NCBI GenBank assembly: GCA_951804945.1
Contig: OX638150.1
Coordinates: 55,552,001 to 55,616,000, forward strand
Direction: 5' to 3'
Length of the DNA stretch: 64,000 bases
Source of the DNA: Podarcis cretensis
Taxonomy: Eukaryota
The notes under the pieces: model-generated
What the model saw: the letters and a program-made list of their open reading frames with translations, nothing else
Told to the model about the DNA's origin: nothing
Database searches by the model: none
In this document: in pieces, positions 23,934-38,051 of the stretch
Layout of the letters: the number at the start of each line of letters is the position of its first letter
Numbering within the stretch: position 1 is the first letter of the stretch
Program-made: the position numbers and the translations under genes

Positions 23934-26900
23934 CTGCCTTAATACAGAAATAATGCCTTAAGGAAAAAAAAGTCAATTATAGCTTCTTTTTTACAAACTA
24001 AAAGACTTGTTAATTTTGTCCTTGCAACTATATTGGGTGTTCTTGTTTTTGTTTTGTAATTATGCACTACATGTGGTTTACAGAGGGCCAAGACCTAGGT
24101 TTCAGAAGCAGATGCCTCAAACTGAATGATTACAGGAAGAAGGAAAAGAAGGAAATATGATTTGGGATTTTCCCTCCAGAAACGCCATCATATTCACAGG
24201 ATAGGATATACCAAAACAGCAGTGTCAAGTTCAGAATCTACATTGTCAACATTCTGCTAGGAATTTCTGCAGTTGGCTGGATAAAATGTTCTAGGTTTTT
24301 GTTTTGGTATAGATTTTTTGTATAGTTAAGGTAGCATTTTGATTTATGCATGTAACATGAAGAAAGTTTACAACTGTATATCGGAAAAGGGAAGTTGTGC
24401 CTTTTATAGCTATTACTGTCTGGTTTTAGCAATTTCCTTTAACTTTATATACAGTGAACTAAGCTTGCTCATTTTTTCTTACATAATTTTTGTAAAACGT
24501 CAAGATGCCTATTGTACAGCTGTTTTTTTAAAGTGGGGCAGCTCATAGCTTAATGACCTCTAGATATTAATCTTTTAAGTATACTCATGTGAATATAGGT
24601 TGACTTTTCTAACCTGATCAAGACTGTCATAGTCACCTTTTAGATGTCACCTTTTAAATTTGGCCTATAAAAATCAGCTTTCTTCAGTGGCGGGGGTGGG
24701 GTGGGAGGGATTGAAATGTAATCCAAATCTAACCTGAACACTGGACATGCATACTTTTGATATTGGTCAAAGATTCTGTGAGCTACTTGCAAACTAGCTC
24801 TGTCTTAAACAGGTTTGTCAACAGAAACTTTTTTTTTAAAACAAAGCATACTAGATATTTACATTTAATGTGATAGCCATAATTGTAAGATTCTTGGGCT
24901 GGATTGACAGTAAAAACATCAGTCTTGACTGCCCATCAGGAAACCTTCAGGAAAATATGCATAATTGTTTAAAAGTTTACTTCTACATGGAAAAATTAAC
25001 TTTTTCCATACTCAGTCTATTGCCATATGAGTGTGTACTTCTGTGTGCATCAGTGTATATTATATATACAGTGGCCACAATCCAGAGCAGCTGTCATAAC
25101 GCAGAACAAAACTGATGTGCACCAAAATTGGCATGTCTGCTGTTCTCCTTGGACATAACTGAGAAGTAGAAAAACCTGTGCTTTTTTAAATTATTTGGAG
25201 GACAATATTGATGATCAGTTCATCTTTTTTTCCCAAAAGTGCAAAGCTGTGCAATTGCCTCCTTAAGTTTCTCAGAATTGTTGGATTACAGCCAGTGTTG
25301 CCATTCCAGAGAATCTGCTCCCTCCAACCTAAGATGTGATTGGCACTGCCACTTCTTATAACCTATGGGGAAGGGGTTGGAGGATGGCAAGGCTGCCTTG
25401 GAGATGATAGTACTGCAGCTCATGCCTCACCAGTGCAGTAGTGCCCCGAGTCCTGAACACACACACCCGAGCCTACCTTTGCATCAGCTTTTTGAACCCC
25501 AGTAAAGCAGAACAATAAGTAGAAAGAAGCCAGTTTCTGCTTGTGGATCACTCCCTGGATTGGGCAAAATCTTGACTCGATTTTAAGTTGATGGTTAATT
25601 TCTGTTGACTTCAATAGTCAGGAACTCTATATGTGTATATACGTACACGTATACATACTTTATATAAATACATATACATAAATATCATTGAATTACAAAA
25701 AAAAATGTAATTATGCCCAGTATATATTATGTTTAGTATTATAATGATTCTTAAAAGATTTTACTTCAAGTAAGATTTTTACCTTTATGCAGAAAATAAA
25801 ATAGACCAAACTACAGAAAGAAACAAAACTTTTCTGGAAAATAAAAACCCTAAACTTGTGTTCTTACACACCCATTTTCACTTCATTCGTCACCCAAACA
25901 ATCCTATCTTGTTTCCTGGAGAACACGAAAATTCCGCTACTGATTTAGTGGTGTAGACTAGAGCTTTGTCTCTGTACGTCTCCCAACCCTTCTGCATCAA
26001 ACTACTAGTGTGCCATAAAAACAACCACCATATAAGTCTTGTGAATTTACAACCATGTAAGTCTTGTGAATTTTTCCTTGTCATCATTGATTTATATTTT
26101 AAAACAATTTGCAAGCTGTAGTAGCCTATCCTCTGAGCACCTTAGGAATTCTCAGAAAATTGTAAATGCTACGCCACTCAAAAGAAAGAAAGAAAAAATA
26201 TTTTTGTTCAAAGTGGCCTGGATATTTCTGTAAAAAGAAATTAATGGGGGTTTAATTACTTAACAGGAGTTAACAATCAAAATGTAATATGATGCTACTA
26301 ATATTTTTTTAGTTATATTTTCAAATAGATATCATTTGGTAGAGTTTGAAAAGGAAGGAAGGGCTACTACAGCTTTAAAAGCAATTTATCAAATTATTGT
26401 AAAATAGCTTGTATAGTGTATCATAAGAATGGTTTTTAGATGACAGATTGCTTTATCATGACATGTGATATATTTTTTCTAGGGGTCACAAATGTGTTAA
26501 ATGGTAACCCATACAAATTGTGGTTTGTCTGGAAGTATTAATCCTGGCAGCATTGTTCTGAAGTATCTAAAGAGGTACTCTAGTTTTACTTGGTGTGTTT
26601 CTATTGTTTGTTTGTTTTTATCCTTTTCCTTTTGCTTTCCTTTTTGTTTTAAAGGCACTTACCCATATTCGGTGGGAGTTCCTCGGGCTGAAACCTAAAT
26701 CCATTCGTCCGCTGTAAGAAAAACACGGGAGCTGGAGGTTGAATTTAATTGCCCAGCCCGTGCGCTTGGTCCCCTCACATTCCAGGACTAAACCTGCAGC
26801 AGATGTGCAGGTTTATTTGACCCTTCCCCCTATCCCACCCCCAAAAAAAATAAAGTAGTGTGTTCGTATGTCCACACTTCTCTATGTATGGGGTTACTTT

Positions 26901-29900
26901 CACATATAGCCTCACAGAGCACCGCAAAACAGTGAGACAAATTTGGCAGTTAAAATGCATACAGGTACCAGCAATATGTAAATAATAGAGCATAGGTTGT
27001 TCACCGTCTACTAAATACATTTCTAATTATTCAACAAAAATGCTCCAGGTAAAATAGGAGTTTTTACCTGAACTATCTGTTTTTAAATCTTTTTTTAAAA
27101 AAACAGCAACACCAACAACAAACGTTAAGCTCATAAATGGAAATCCCCAGCTACTTTCAAGTAAAATACTACCTTTTAATAACAGTAATCATTCTTTTTG
27201 ATCTCTGTGCAGTCCCACAATTGGGTGCTGCACCTATGCATAGCATCTTGAGAACCTTACAGAGCTTTTGTCAAGTAACTCATCCTCTGGTGCTGCGAGC
27301 CTCTTTGCAATTATCTGGGGTGGGGAGGGGAGGGGGCATAGGGCAAGCGCCACCTCCTTGAGAATGTGCTGTCTGCGTTTCTCTCTGTGAACTTTTCCAC
27401 AGGAGCACCAGCTCCCTGGCTAGGGCTCTAGAAGGTTCTAAACATGTTCTGCATAGAATACAGTTGTGTTATGCACAGATGACCACTCAAAGGATACCAG
27501 AAACAGGTAAGAAACCTGTCTCTCTTCTTGAATAAGCTCTTTAAAGTATGTATGTTTTAACAGTTAATCTAAGCTTCAGAGAGTATTTTAACATTAGTTT
27601 GCAAACCATTGGGATGAAAATGTGTATTCTGCCTGATTTTAGTTAATGCTAAGAGACTCAAGTATTTGGTTTCAAAAAGGTTCCTGAAAAGATAAATCAT
27701 GACACCCTGTCTTTATTTCAAAGGAAAAATTGGAAAGTTGAACTTGGGAACTGATGTGTAGTAAACATTTTAGTCCAAGTTTAAGGAAGCTAGCACTGCA
27801 TCCATGGACAACGTATTTGTGGTGGTTTACCTATACAAGTGAGGTATACAGAAATCAATATTATGACTATGTGCAAACAAGTACTTCAGCGGTGGAAAAG
27901 AGGCTCTAATTCTTTTGATTTCATGTATTTTTGCTCAGTTTTTGGACTTTGATTTCACTTTTTAAAAATGCTGATTCTGGAAAAGAACTTTCAATTTAAA
28001 TGTGCTGTTAAGAATATAAGTACAAGCCATTTAAAGTACATAAGCATCAGCAAAAGGTATGTTGTTTCTTGTCTGGCTAGTCTTTTTCATGCTGGGGAAA
28101 ATCAGCACTTCAAATAAAGCAGGGAATATTCTGACTTCTGTCTCTTCAGTGCCTTGCCACAACATGCTAACAGAAATAACATGGGTAGCCCCAGATATGC
28201 ATGCTGTATGTTAGAATTGCACTTGGAAACTAATAGGAATGGCCTTTCATAGGATATGTTAGGGCATGCAAACAGAGAGAGGAAATTTTATCACTTATAC
28301 ACCACTAAAGTAACTGAGAGCCTTAGCCTTAAGCCTGAGCACACTTGCTTTGAAGTAAGTCCTATAAAATCTTTGGGACTGACTTCCAGGCAAATGTGCT
28401 TAGGATTGGTTTGCCAATCTTGCCAGCCGTACCGTATTAAACCAAAAATACAGCATTGAGTTTCCTTGAAAACAGCAGAGGCTGAGAAAGTGCGCACAAC
28501 TGGGGGAACAAGTGCCAGCCTACCTTTAGAAACACAGCCACTTAACTTGACAAAATAACAGCGTCTTAGGAACAGAGGTGGGAAGAAAGCAGACGGTGGA
28601 GAACAGAGAACCGAGGCTAGTCCCATTTACCATATTCATATGCGCACATCATGTGGAGCGATTACAAATATGCAGGCTCACAAGATAGGATAGCACATCT
28701 TCATTTTGTTCAGCATGCAGAAACTCAGTGGGGCCTTAATTCTTCAACCTAGTGTGTATTCCGATGCTGATTATGCAAAGAACTTAACCCTTCTACACTT
28801 GCAAAGAATGAGTTAAATCAAATGCTGTCAGGCAGAACCTGTTTTAGGTTTTTTTTAAAAAAAAATTAAGTACTATTTACAAAACCATATTAAGTGTATA
28901 GGTGGGTGGTAGCTGGTGGGGTGGGGAGGTCTGTAATTTCTACAGCTTTTAACATCTCCTTTGAGAGATGCATCCCCCCCCCCCCCCGCTCCAACAGAAA
29001 AGCTGGGTCCGGAGCTACAGGTGTGTCTGCAGACAGTGTCTTCTGTTGACAAATAGTGTTATATACTTTAGTGCCAAAGTAAAGTGAAAATAAATCCAAA
29101 GACGTTCTTCCGCTTCATCAAGCAGAAGCCCAAGAACTTTTATAGAACCTACCTGGCATACTGTTACACAAATGCTTTCCCTGGTGCTGTGTAAGCTTTT
29201 GGACATAAGAGTTAAAATTTTAAAATTAACTTGGGTAGTTAATGCCTCCTTAGCTTTACTGTTGCATCAGCACTAAGTTGCTGTTGTGGTGTTTACACAA
29301 AGCTTTTATCATGATGGGGCTGTTTATGCCCTGCATGACATGTCAGCGAATCCTTTTGGAGCGCCCATAGAAACATGGGGTGGTATTTGGACATCACAGA
29401 ACAACAGGCTCCCACTATTTTCAGCAAATGCATGGCAAATGAAATCGATGTCAGGGGAGGGGAAACCTTTTGCATGTTTTGACTAGCCCATGGGGCCAGT
29501 TCTGGCCCCTCAAGTGTAGGAGGGTTGAGACATCCGAGGAATGGGTGGCAAGGCCCTGGCGTTTTGAACCCACTGCAAGATAAAGTATGTGCTTAAGTAC
29601 TTTGTGGAAAGGGACCAGAGTCTCCAGCCTCTTTCAGAATTGAGCCTCATCCACCACTGCCTGGTCAATATTAAAACCAATTGGGCACAATTGCCCTGAA
29701 TGTACACACATTTTTATGCTACTGCTGTCAATGTAGGAACCGTACTTTCAAGCAAGAAATAGAGCTGGTAAAAAGGCTGCGTGTGTGAAAATAGCCTCCT
29801 TTCTTCCCAACCCACCAAAACCATACAAGCCCAGGCTTAATAGCACGGATTCAATAGTGTGTCAACATTCTATTTTGTATATTATACAAAAGATATATAA

Positions 29901-30271
29901 TGGGGACAAATCCTATATTATGCTGGTGTATGGCATTATTAAAAAGCTTTTTTTGTTATTTTTATCACAGTAATTTTAAACAGTGTAAAAAAAAAATTAA
30001 AACAAGTGACTCCTGTTTAAAAATAAAAAGTTGTAGTTTTTTATTCATGCCGAATAACTCTGTAGTAACCATGTCTTTTCACCTACACAGTGAAATGTTG
30101 GATTGTAAAATCTTGTGTGGAACTGTTGAGCATTTATTTTTCATTTTAAATTTTGCTGTTCTATTAAATTCAAAGCCACACGTCTGTACAGAAGTTGCAG
30201 TAAATGTAAGCCATTTACAGCAATGCTGAATAATGGACAAAATGACATAATAAAAACCTGCTTTTTCATTA
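23934..30271 (+). other. NR3C1: NR3C1 long 3'UTR (~6.3 kb)
   Basis: Blocks resembling the mammalian GR 3'UTR as recalled (GCACTACATGTGGTTTA ~24064; GGGAAGTTGTGCCTTTTATAGCTATTACTGTCTGG ~24389; AAAATAGCTTGTATAGTGTA ~26401; terminal block ~29860-30271). Confidence 0.8.
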
Positions 30272-30320
30272 CATGTTCAAGTACCCTTTGAAGTAGGGTT
30301 TTTTGTTTTGTTTTGTTTCT
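30249..30320 (+). terminator. NR3C1 distal polyadenylation signal AATAAA (30249-30254) with a downstream U/GU-rich element
   Basis: AATAAA at the end of the conserved UTR block, followed ~45 nt later by GGGTTTTTTGTTTTGTTTTGTTTC; a second AATAAA lies at 30022-30027. Confidence 0.8.
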
Positions 30321-31917
30321 TGTACAGTGCGTTACAGATGGAGTTCAGCCTTCTATTAACCTACAAAAATTAAGGCTGCAATCCTATAAACATTCACCTG
30401 GGAGTCTGTGTGTGGTTGCATTAGAGTACTGTCAGTGAAAATAATACAAGCAGAAGCATGCCAAAAACTTACTGAAAATTTATTTTTATCTTGCACACGA
30501 AACCCCTCCACCATCTTCTCCCCACCTCCCTGCTCCGAATTATCAGGGTGGTGACAGATTCTTGGAATTTCCAAGAGGGTTGAGGGAACAAGCACGAACA
30601 GAACAGTTTTATACCTCCTGAGAGCAGTTAATACCTTTTAAATATGACGGCAGTGACCTGACCCACCCTTCCTTATCCCAGTGGGGGCAGATGAAGAATC
30701 CAGGAATTAAAGACGAGCAACCATTCTGCTTATTCCCCAAACTGAACACAAATAGAGCGCTTTCTGCTCCTGAAATAGCCTCCTGAGAATACAGTAATTC
30801 ACTAAATGAGGAAGGCATGCAACAGGATTTTAAAAGAAATGTGTGTGTGAATGACAGAACCTGAGCTCCGTTGCCAGCTAAGTGAAACAAAACCTCCGGT
30901 CAGGGTTAAAGCAGCAGGGTTCACTGCAGAATGAGACAAAGGACTTTCTTGGATAAAATAAAAGCATTAAGTCACAAATGAGAATCTCACTGAAGCCACA
31001 GTTTTAAATTAATGGATTGGAACCAAGGCAACCAAAGCTGCTGAAAGACCGTGCTAATGACCTAAGTGAGTTGGCAAAACAACTTAATTTGTTTTAGAAA
31101 GAAACAAGTGGACAAATGCAGTTGCGCTTCTAATGAAATAGTTGGGTGAAATCTATAAAACAGTTGCCTTCAACTTTGCTAATGCCGCATTTAAATTGGA
31201 GCAGCACCTGCACTGAAATACATAAAAAGAATGACAAAACTATTAACTTGGGAGATTTGGGGGCTGCAGCCTAAGTCTCGCTTTAGCCTCCACAGAGAGC
31301 TCTGCAGTGGCTTTCATTTACCTGGGAGTCAGACCCAATGACCTGTAAAGGACAGACATGTGCAGCAGATTCAGACAGATCCCCCCCAAAAGTGGGGGCA
31401 CCTTGGACAAATTTCAGGCTTGTCTGAGGTGAAGGGGGATCTCTCCAAAGCACCGGAACTGAAGTTGGGGACCTCTAAAGTGATTGAGGCCAATTCAGAT
31501 GTTTCAAAATCTACACAAAAGGTGTGCTGGTAAAAATCGCCCTATTAGGCAAACAACATGGTGGTGTGAAGAGGTGACCATCTAGCTCTTTATTAGAATG
31601 ATTCTACCAGGTCTCTGCAATCCCCATGCTTCGTGGAAATGTTCTTGAAGTGACATATCTTGTTCTTGTCTATTCTGTGTTCTTTGCAAGTACTGCTTGT
31701 CTTTAAAATGCTGGACATTCAAGTCCTTTTGCCCTTGTGCCACATTTGTTCCTCTCAAATCAGCATTATGAGTCGCTTGTGTGACCTTTAGTCCCATTCA
31801 CCATTACTTCCTAACCACTACATCCAGCCTCCTGAAATCTTGCTGCTTTCTTTCCTAGAGGCACCTCCATAATTTTTGCTATTTCCATAAATTCAAAACA
31901 TTCTGGTTAACCTAGGC

Positions 31918-32053
31918 CAGGCATAGGCAAACTCTGCCCTCCAGATGTTTTGGGACTACAACTCCCATCATCTCTAGCTAACGGGACCAGTGGTCAGGGA
32001 TGATGGGAGTTGTAGTCCCAAAACATCTGGAGGGCAGAGTTTGCCTATGCCTA
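31918..32053. mobile_element. Palindromic hAT-type MITE
   Basis: Near-perfect arms CAGGCATAGGCAAACTCTGCCCTCCAGATGTTTTGGGACTACAACTCCCATCATC and its reverse complement; decayed relatives near 11620, 19340, 38800, 45130 and 52640. Confidence 0.85.
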
Positions 32054-35017
32054 GCCTTGGGGTTTGATGGCTGAAAGACCCTGGTCACCCTGAAATGATG
32101 AGTTATGATAGTAGGCGATTGCTATTATGAGTTTAACTCTTTTTAGAAGTTTCAATTATATTGTTTTAGTATCGATATGTTGGCCACCATTGTCTGCTTT
32201 GCAGGAAGGGTGGGATATAAACACATTTAACGAATAAAAATACCTTGCAAATCTTTAGTGGAAGAGGATATAAGCGGAGGGGCTATTTTTATTAGAATAT
32301 TTCCTTTTGAATTCTAAATTTCCTTTTAGAATATTTTGGAGTCCCTCCCATAATAATCTATCAGGTCAGCTAAAGCACAGTTAGTGATCATTGAAATATT
32401 TGTAAAGCATGCTACAAATTCAAACATTATGCTGCAATAAGAGGAGTGGTTTCTCAAGACTTAACTAGGCTTTGAGAGGAGGGTGTGTGGAGATGCAAAC
32501 TGAAGAGCTGACTCATTCCAGGAAAAGACTTCTTGTTGATTCTTTATCTAAAACCAGATGGAATGGTTTGAGAGAAGCCTGCTGAGAGAGCATTTAAGCC
32601 AAACACTAATAGTACAGGGCTAATGTAACAACATGTGAGCTGTTCCTTCTGCCTAGCATGGTATGTCTAAAGAGCCAAAGACTTGCACCCTGGTAGATGA
32701 ACCAGACATAATAACTGAACTGCATTCCTGTTCTAAAAACAAGTACAAAATACAAAAAGCTGCCTTCAACCTTCCCCTTTTAAAACAAATTCCATGTACT
32801 TGGCCCTCTTATCTGCATTTTGGCACTTTGTCAGGGCTAGTTTTGAAAAACAACAGGTTTTCTGGAATATGGGTCATGAGCATTGTCCGATCTTTAGAAT
32901 ATTTTGACTGGAGCTGCAGTCATTAAACAAACAAACAAAACATATTTTTGAAATAAGAATTATCCATACATTTTAATAATATGCTCATTAGGTAATGGCA
33001 GAGGAAAGCTAGTCAAGCCGTTAATCCATCTATCTCAGTTTTGTCTGCACTGACTAGAAGCAGCTCTCAACGCTCTCTTGAGTCCTACCTGGAGATGCCA
33101 GGAACTGAACCGAGGACCTTCAGAATACCCTGCAGATGCCCTATCACTAAGCTGCAGCCCTAAATTGAAGCCTCTGTTTGAGGCAAGACAGAATCTTCAT
33201 CCAATCCATGTGTCAATGATCCTAAAAGGCCACACCCTCAGCAACAACAAGCCAGAGTCCAGCAAGCTACTCCAGGCCAGCATGACCTGTGTATTCCTTT
33301 CCTCTCCCCCTTCCTACACTTCATTTCCTTGCACAGCTGGGGCTGCTACTGAACTTTGACTTTTATTTAAGTTCAAATCCTCTTACCCAAAAAAAAAAAA
33401 AATGGTAAAAGGAAAAAAAAGACTTCTTAGCTGTAAACTAAGGACAACAAATAAGCTCATCAGTACTTCTTCGGTTACATTTTCCACCAGGCTCAGCTTG
33501 TTTAGAGATGGAAGGGAGGCTGCCTGCTGGAAGAAAGGGCATCCCAAGCCCTGCTCTTTCATCCCACTCTTTGGAGGAGTTGGGTCCTGAATTTTGCAGT
33601 TCCCATGGAAAGCAACTTGAAGGCCGCTTAAATTATGAGGCAATCTGTCAGCTCCATTTTGAGTACAGCAACTAATGCACCTTTGCCATGCTAAATAAAT
33701 ATTCAATAATTAGCCCTTGATAAGGCAGTGGGCTCCATGGTTCTTTTATGATTTGGGGAAAGAAGTCGTTTTTGCCAATGTGTTCACTGTGCCCTAAAAC
33801 TCAACATCTTCCCTGATTATTGGCCATGATGGCTTGGGTAAGATGAGAGAGCTGCAGGTTCACCATTACTGCTTTAAAAGCCTCCACCCAGCCATTCCTA
33901 TTAGCACATTTAATAACCAGCAGCCATTGGGAGCCAGATTATATTGCTTCATCTCTTCCCAAAGGTCTCCCCACTCTGCTAATCTTTCTGTGCAGTGTGG
34001 GGAGGGAGTGGAACAACTTGCCTCATGAATTCTCACATTGCATGAAGTCTTATTGCACCACCACCACCATCCCCTAGAAACCTCTGGAAGTGAGGAACAA
34101 ACTCCATGTGAAGCAGATATATCTATTCTAAGCCATGCTATAGTACACCAGCAGTATGCAGATGTTGCTACACAGAATCTATTTCAGTTGTGGCTGGGCT
34201 ACACTTTATGTCAGTCCAACAGACACACACAACTAAATACTAATTAAAAGGTTATCACAATTCTTGGAAAGCACATGTTTATATATTAAAACCAGTCATG
34301 TTCATTGAATTCATGGAAGAACCTATGATAAGACCAGTGAACAGAGAGGTTCATTAAGCAGTAAATTCCTAGCCTTCTTGTATGAAATAAAACCAGCCAT
34401 TATGAGAACAAGATCTGACGCCAGGAGTGAGCTGTGCTTTGATAGGCAACAGAATGCAATTTCAGCAAAATTCAGGGTGACTAACCTATGAGCTGCCATG
34501 TTATTGAACTCCAGCTCATTGATCATTGATCAAGGATGTTGTGGGCTGTAGTCCAATAATACCTGGTGGGTAAGGAGTCACCCTGGGGTTGATAGAACTT
34601 CTACTGGATCTGACGAGATAAAAATTATGGACACTTCAAAATTTGAGAAAGATAATTATCAAGCAGTAGATAGGATTGGAGTGGTGTTATTTTATAAGAC
34701 TAGCCACCAGCCAGAATCTCTATTGCCAATATGTGGGTGATTTGCATGGTATATTAGCAAAGCAAAAGCCACAACACAGATGATCATTATTCACTGACTG
34801 CATGTGTGAAGGACCTACCACAAATTGATATTTCAATATAGGAATTCTGTATCATCATCTGAGAAAGATCTCACATTTAGCTGAGCATTGGCTGACCAAC
34901 TGATGTACAGGTGCCTTGTTGTGTACATAAACTTTCTTTACATATAATGTATATATAATGACCAACCCTTTTTCTTTCGTCTGCTGTACCAGATTTGAAC
35001 ACTAGCAAACCTGAATA

Positions 35018-35620
35018 CCATATTTTTCGCTCCATAAGGCGCACCTGACCATAAGGCGCACCTACTTTTTTGGGGGGGGGGGATTCAAGGGAAAAAAATT
35101 ATTTAAAGGGAGCGCTGAGCAGAGCCTGTATGCATCTCAGGCTCTGCTCAGTGCTTCCTTTCATGAGCCGCGTGGAGTGTGTGTGCGGTGCTTGCAGGCT
35201 TTTCCCCGAGGAGGGAGAAGGGCAGCCCGTCACTGATGGGCTGCCCTTCTCCCTCCTCAGGGAAAGGCCCCCAAGAGCCACACACACACTCCGCGCAGCT
35301 CTTTAAAGGGAACATGGGGCTTTTGCAGGAGGTGGGGGGGAAGTGAGAGACCTTCGCTCTGTCCCTTCCCCCACCTCCGGCAAAAGCCAGGGATAGCCGC
35401 ACGAAGCCTCCCCAGGGAAGCGGGATGAAGGCTCCCTGCCCTCCTGCGGAGGCTTTGCGGGCTATCCCAGAACTGCTCAGGAGCTTGTTGGGGCTGGCGG
35501 GGGAAGCCCGGGTCCCCCCCCCCAGCCCCAGGGACCACACATTTGCTCCATAAGATGCACAAACATTTCCCCTTAGATTTTAAGAGGGAAAAAGTGTGTC
35601 TTATGGAGAGAAAAATACGG
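35018..35620. mobile_element. Tc1/mariner (Tc2/Tigger-like) non-autonomous DNA transposon
   Basis: TA|CCATATTTTTCGCTCCATAAG ... CTTATGGAGAGAAAAATACGG|TA; repeated subterminal CCATAAG(G/A)CGCAC motifs; GC-rich interior with a hairpin at ~35208-35258. Confidence 0.85.
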
Positions 35621-36129
35621 TAATTTCAAAGCTAGTGAGCTGGACTCCATGCCCAGGGCCCCTTACTAGTCAATTTACATTGCCTCTATAATAATCAGGG
35701 AAAAGTCAGGTATAGCAGTGCCACTGCAGTGCCAGCCACAAAGCTCTCTTTGCATGTACTTGGGCCTTAGGCATAATGTCTCATCACACCTAGGAACAAT
35801 TTACTATGAAATATAACTTAAGTAACAATAGATTTGCATGGATACTTTAAGATAAATATCTTTTCCAGTATAAACCTAGTCTTCAGGACTATGCCTTGTA
35901 ACAGGCTAGACACCACAAGTAACATGGGTGGGGTGAAAAGTAACTGGTTTTTCTTTTCTTTTTCTTTTTCTTTTTGTAAAAAGTTTGTCCTCCCCTCCCC
36001 TTCTTTCACGGTTCTCAGAAAAAGTGCTTCATGAAACCTGAGCAGTTAGGAGTTGTGGTCTCATTATTTATTTTATTCCATTTGTGAACCACTTCCTATG
36101 GAACATCTAAAAGTGATTAGCAACAATAT

Positions 36130-36720
36130 TGTTATGAGTTGCAGGTGCCAGGGTTTGTGGTGCCAGATTCCCCTACATTACTGGGTCTGATAGATAATGT
36201 AATTACGTTTGGGGTGTTAACATTGCCTGCCAGACACTGGATCTAGCAAAGTGTTAAAATACAGGCCAAATCAGTTTCCGATGTTCACGAGATCGCCTGA
36301 GAGACAGGCTATCAACAGACAACAAATACAGGGAAGGTGGGCCATCAGCAAAGTCTTTTTGCCAGCCAGCAAATGGATGGAGCCCCTCTCTGAACAATGA
36401 GAGACAAAGCAGAGTGGAGAGTTTTAGGATTACAGTTCGGAATGATGTGGGCTGGAGGAAAAAAGTAGCAATCTTTAAAACACAGCAAGCTTGAAAAGAG
36501 ATTCAGAAAGCAATGGCTGATTTCTGTTTGGATCCAAGAAGAAGCAAGAACCTCTTGGGAGTGTTAATGCTGTGAACCCCACCATCGTAGGCTCAGGTTG
36601 TATATGTGTGTAAAAAAACCATGTATCAGAAAGACTCCACTGTGGCTTATTTTCCAAAAGGAAACAGACCCTGGGTAAAGCACTCCTGGAACCCCCTGGA
36701 GATTGAGGGTGGCATGTTAT
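36130..36720 (+). mobile_element. Possible solo LTR
   Basis: Begins TGTTA, abrupt compositional change, degenerate polyA-like TGTAAAAAAACC then U5-like segment; 3' CA end and TSD not resolved. Confidence 0.35.
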
Positions 36721-38051
36721 CCAGCATGCCACAGCTCAGGCCTAAAATTGTAGTTGCTCCAAAACGAAATATAGGGACCCTTGTGAATAGCACCAAGCAG
36801 GTAGTGGTGCAGCTTGGACAGGCAGACCAGATTGTGGGCCTGAGTCTGTGCCAACAAACTGTCTAGTTGTGGGCTGTGGTGGCACGCTAGCTGCGCAATT
36901 TGTTGAGCATATGGCGCAGGATGCTCTCTGCCAGGTCATGGATAAATCGCTACGCACAGCTCACCTTAGCCAGGCTTGCTTTCACCACCTCCTGCTTCCA
37001 TGGCTGGGAACTCAGGAAAAATGAGGGGCCGCCCCAGTGAATTGCACTCAACGACAAGGGAGTCTAGGGGTGCTACAGTGGTGCAGAATGATCCCAAGAT
37101 GGTGCCACTCATGTTTCTTCCCAGTAATCCTATGCGTGGGGAACTTGGCAACAAAAACAGACTGCTGAATGAGCACACGGGTTCTGCGCCCATTTTTTTT
37201 ATGGTACATTAACAGCAAACATAATAAGCTGTAAATGGGCATATTTAAAACATTTGCAATATTTAACAAATAATCAAATGAAGAAGTGAGTAAGCACATT
37301 ATTCTTCCATTTCTATATGCAGTTTAATATATCTACAGGGTTTTGCAGAAGACTGGATGACCTAGCACTACAAAAATGCTCAAAAGAGATGTACTCACTA
37401 GTTCATAGAATGTGTTCTTTCTTGGAATTACTTTAGATAACCAATATTGACAATTCTAGAAGAGAGGGTCATGGTGCCTCAGACCCAGAGGCTTAGGGGA
37501 AAGGGAGGGAGAAAGAGATTTAAAAGAATCCTATCTCTTTAGAAACCAGCCTTGAAGCTTGAGCATTTCTGGCATGTTTTTGCATTCGGGAAAGCACATT
37601 ACGTATTTTTTTCAGAATTCACAACTTGGAGATATAAATGTGTGTTCTTATACATCACTGGATCACATCCGAAATATAAATTTTAAGTATGCACACGGAC
37701 ACACATAGCACACATTTGGGTGTGATTTTTTAAAACCAGTATTTCTGAATTATTATTAGCAGCTGGTTAGTGAATAACATTGTTATTCTGGACTTCAATA
37801 TAAACATAAAGCCAGGTTCTGTGTAATGTAGCCTGTTGCTATTTAGATGCATTTTATTCACAGCAGATTAAATTTGTATTTTAGAAGATTTCTGGCTCTC
37901 TGCCTATCCTCTTCTTTGCAAAGAAACAGTGGACATGTACACTGTAGTTGAATTAAGTACTTAGTACCAAAATGAAAGCCTTACCGTGGTTAAGAACTGT
38001 TGTCACAATTTTTGTGTGGGTTCCTGCCAGAAACTGTGCATTACACAGAAG

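Noticed and set aside
27000-29800. Human-type exon 9beta (NVMWLKPESTSHTLI)
   Set aside because: No recognisable homologous acceptor or ORF found by eye
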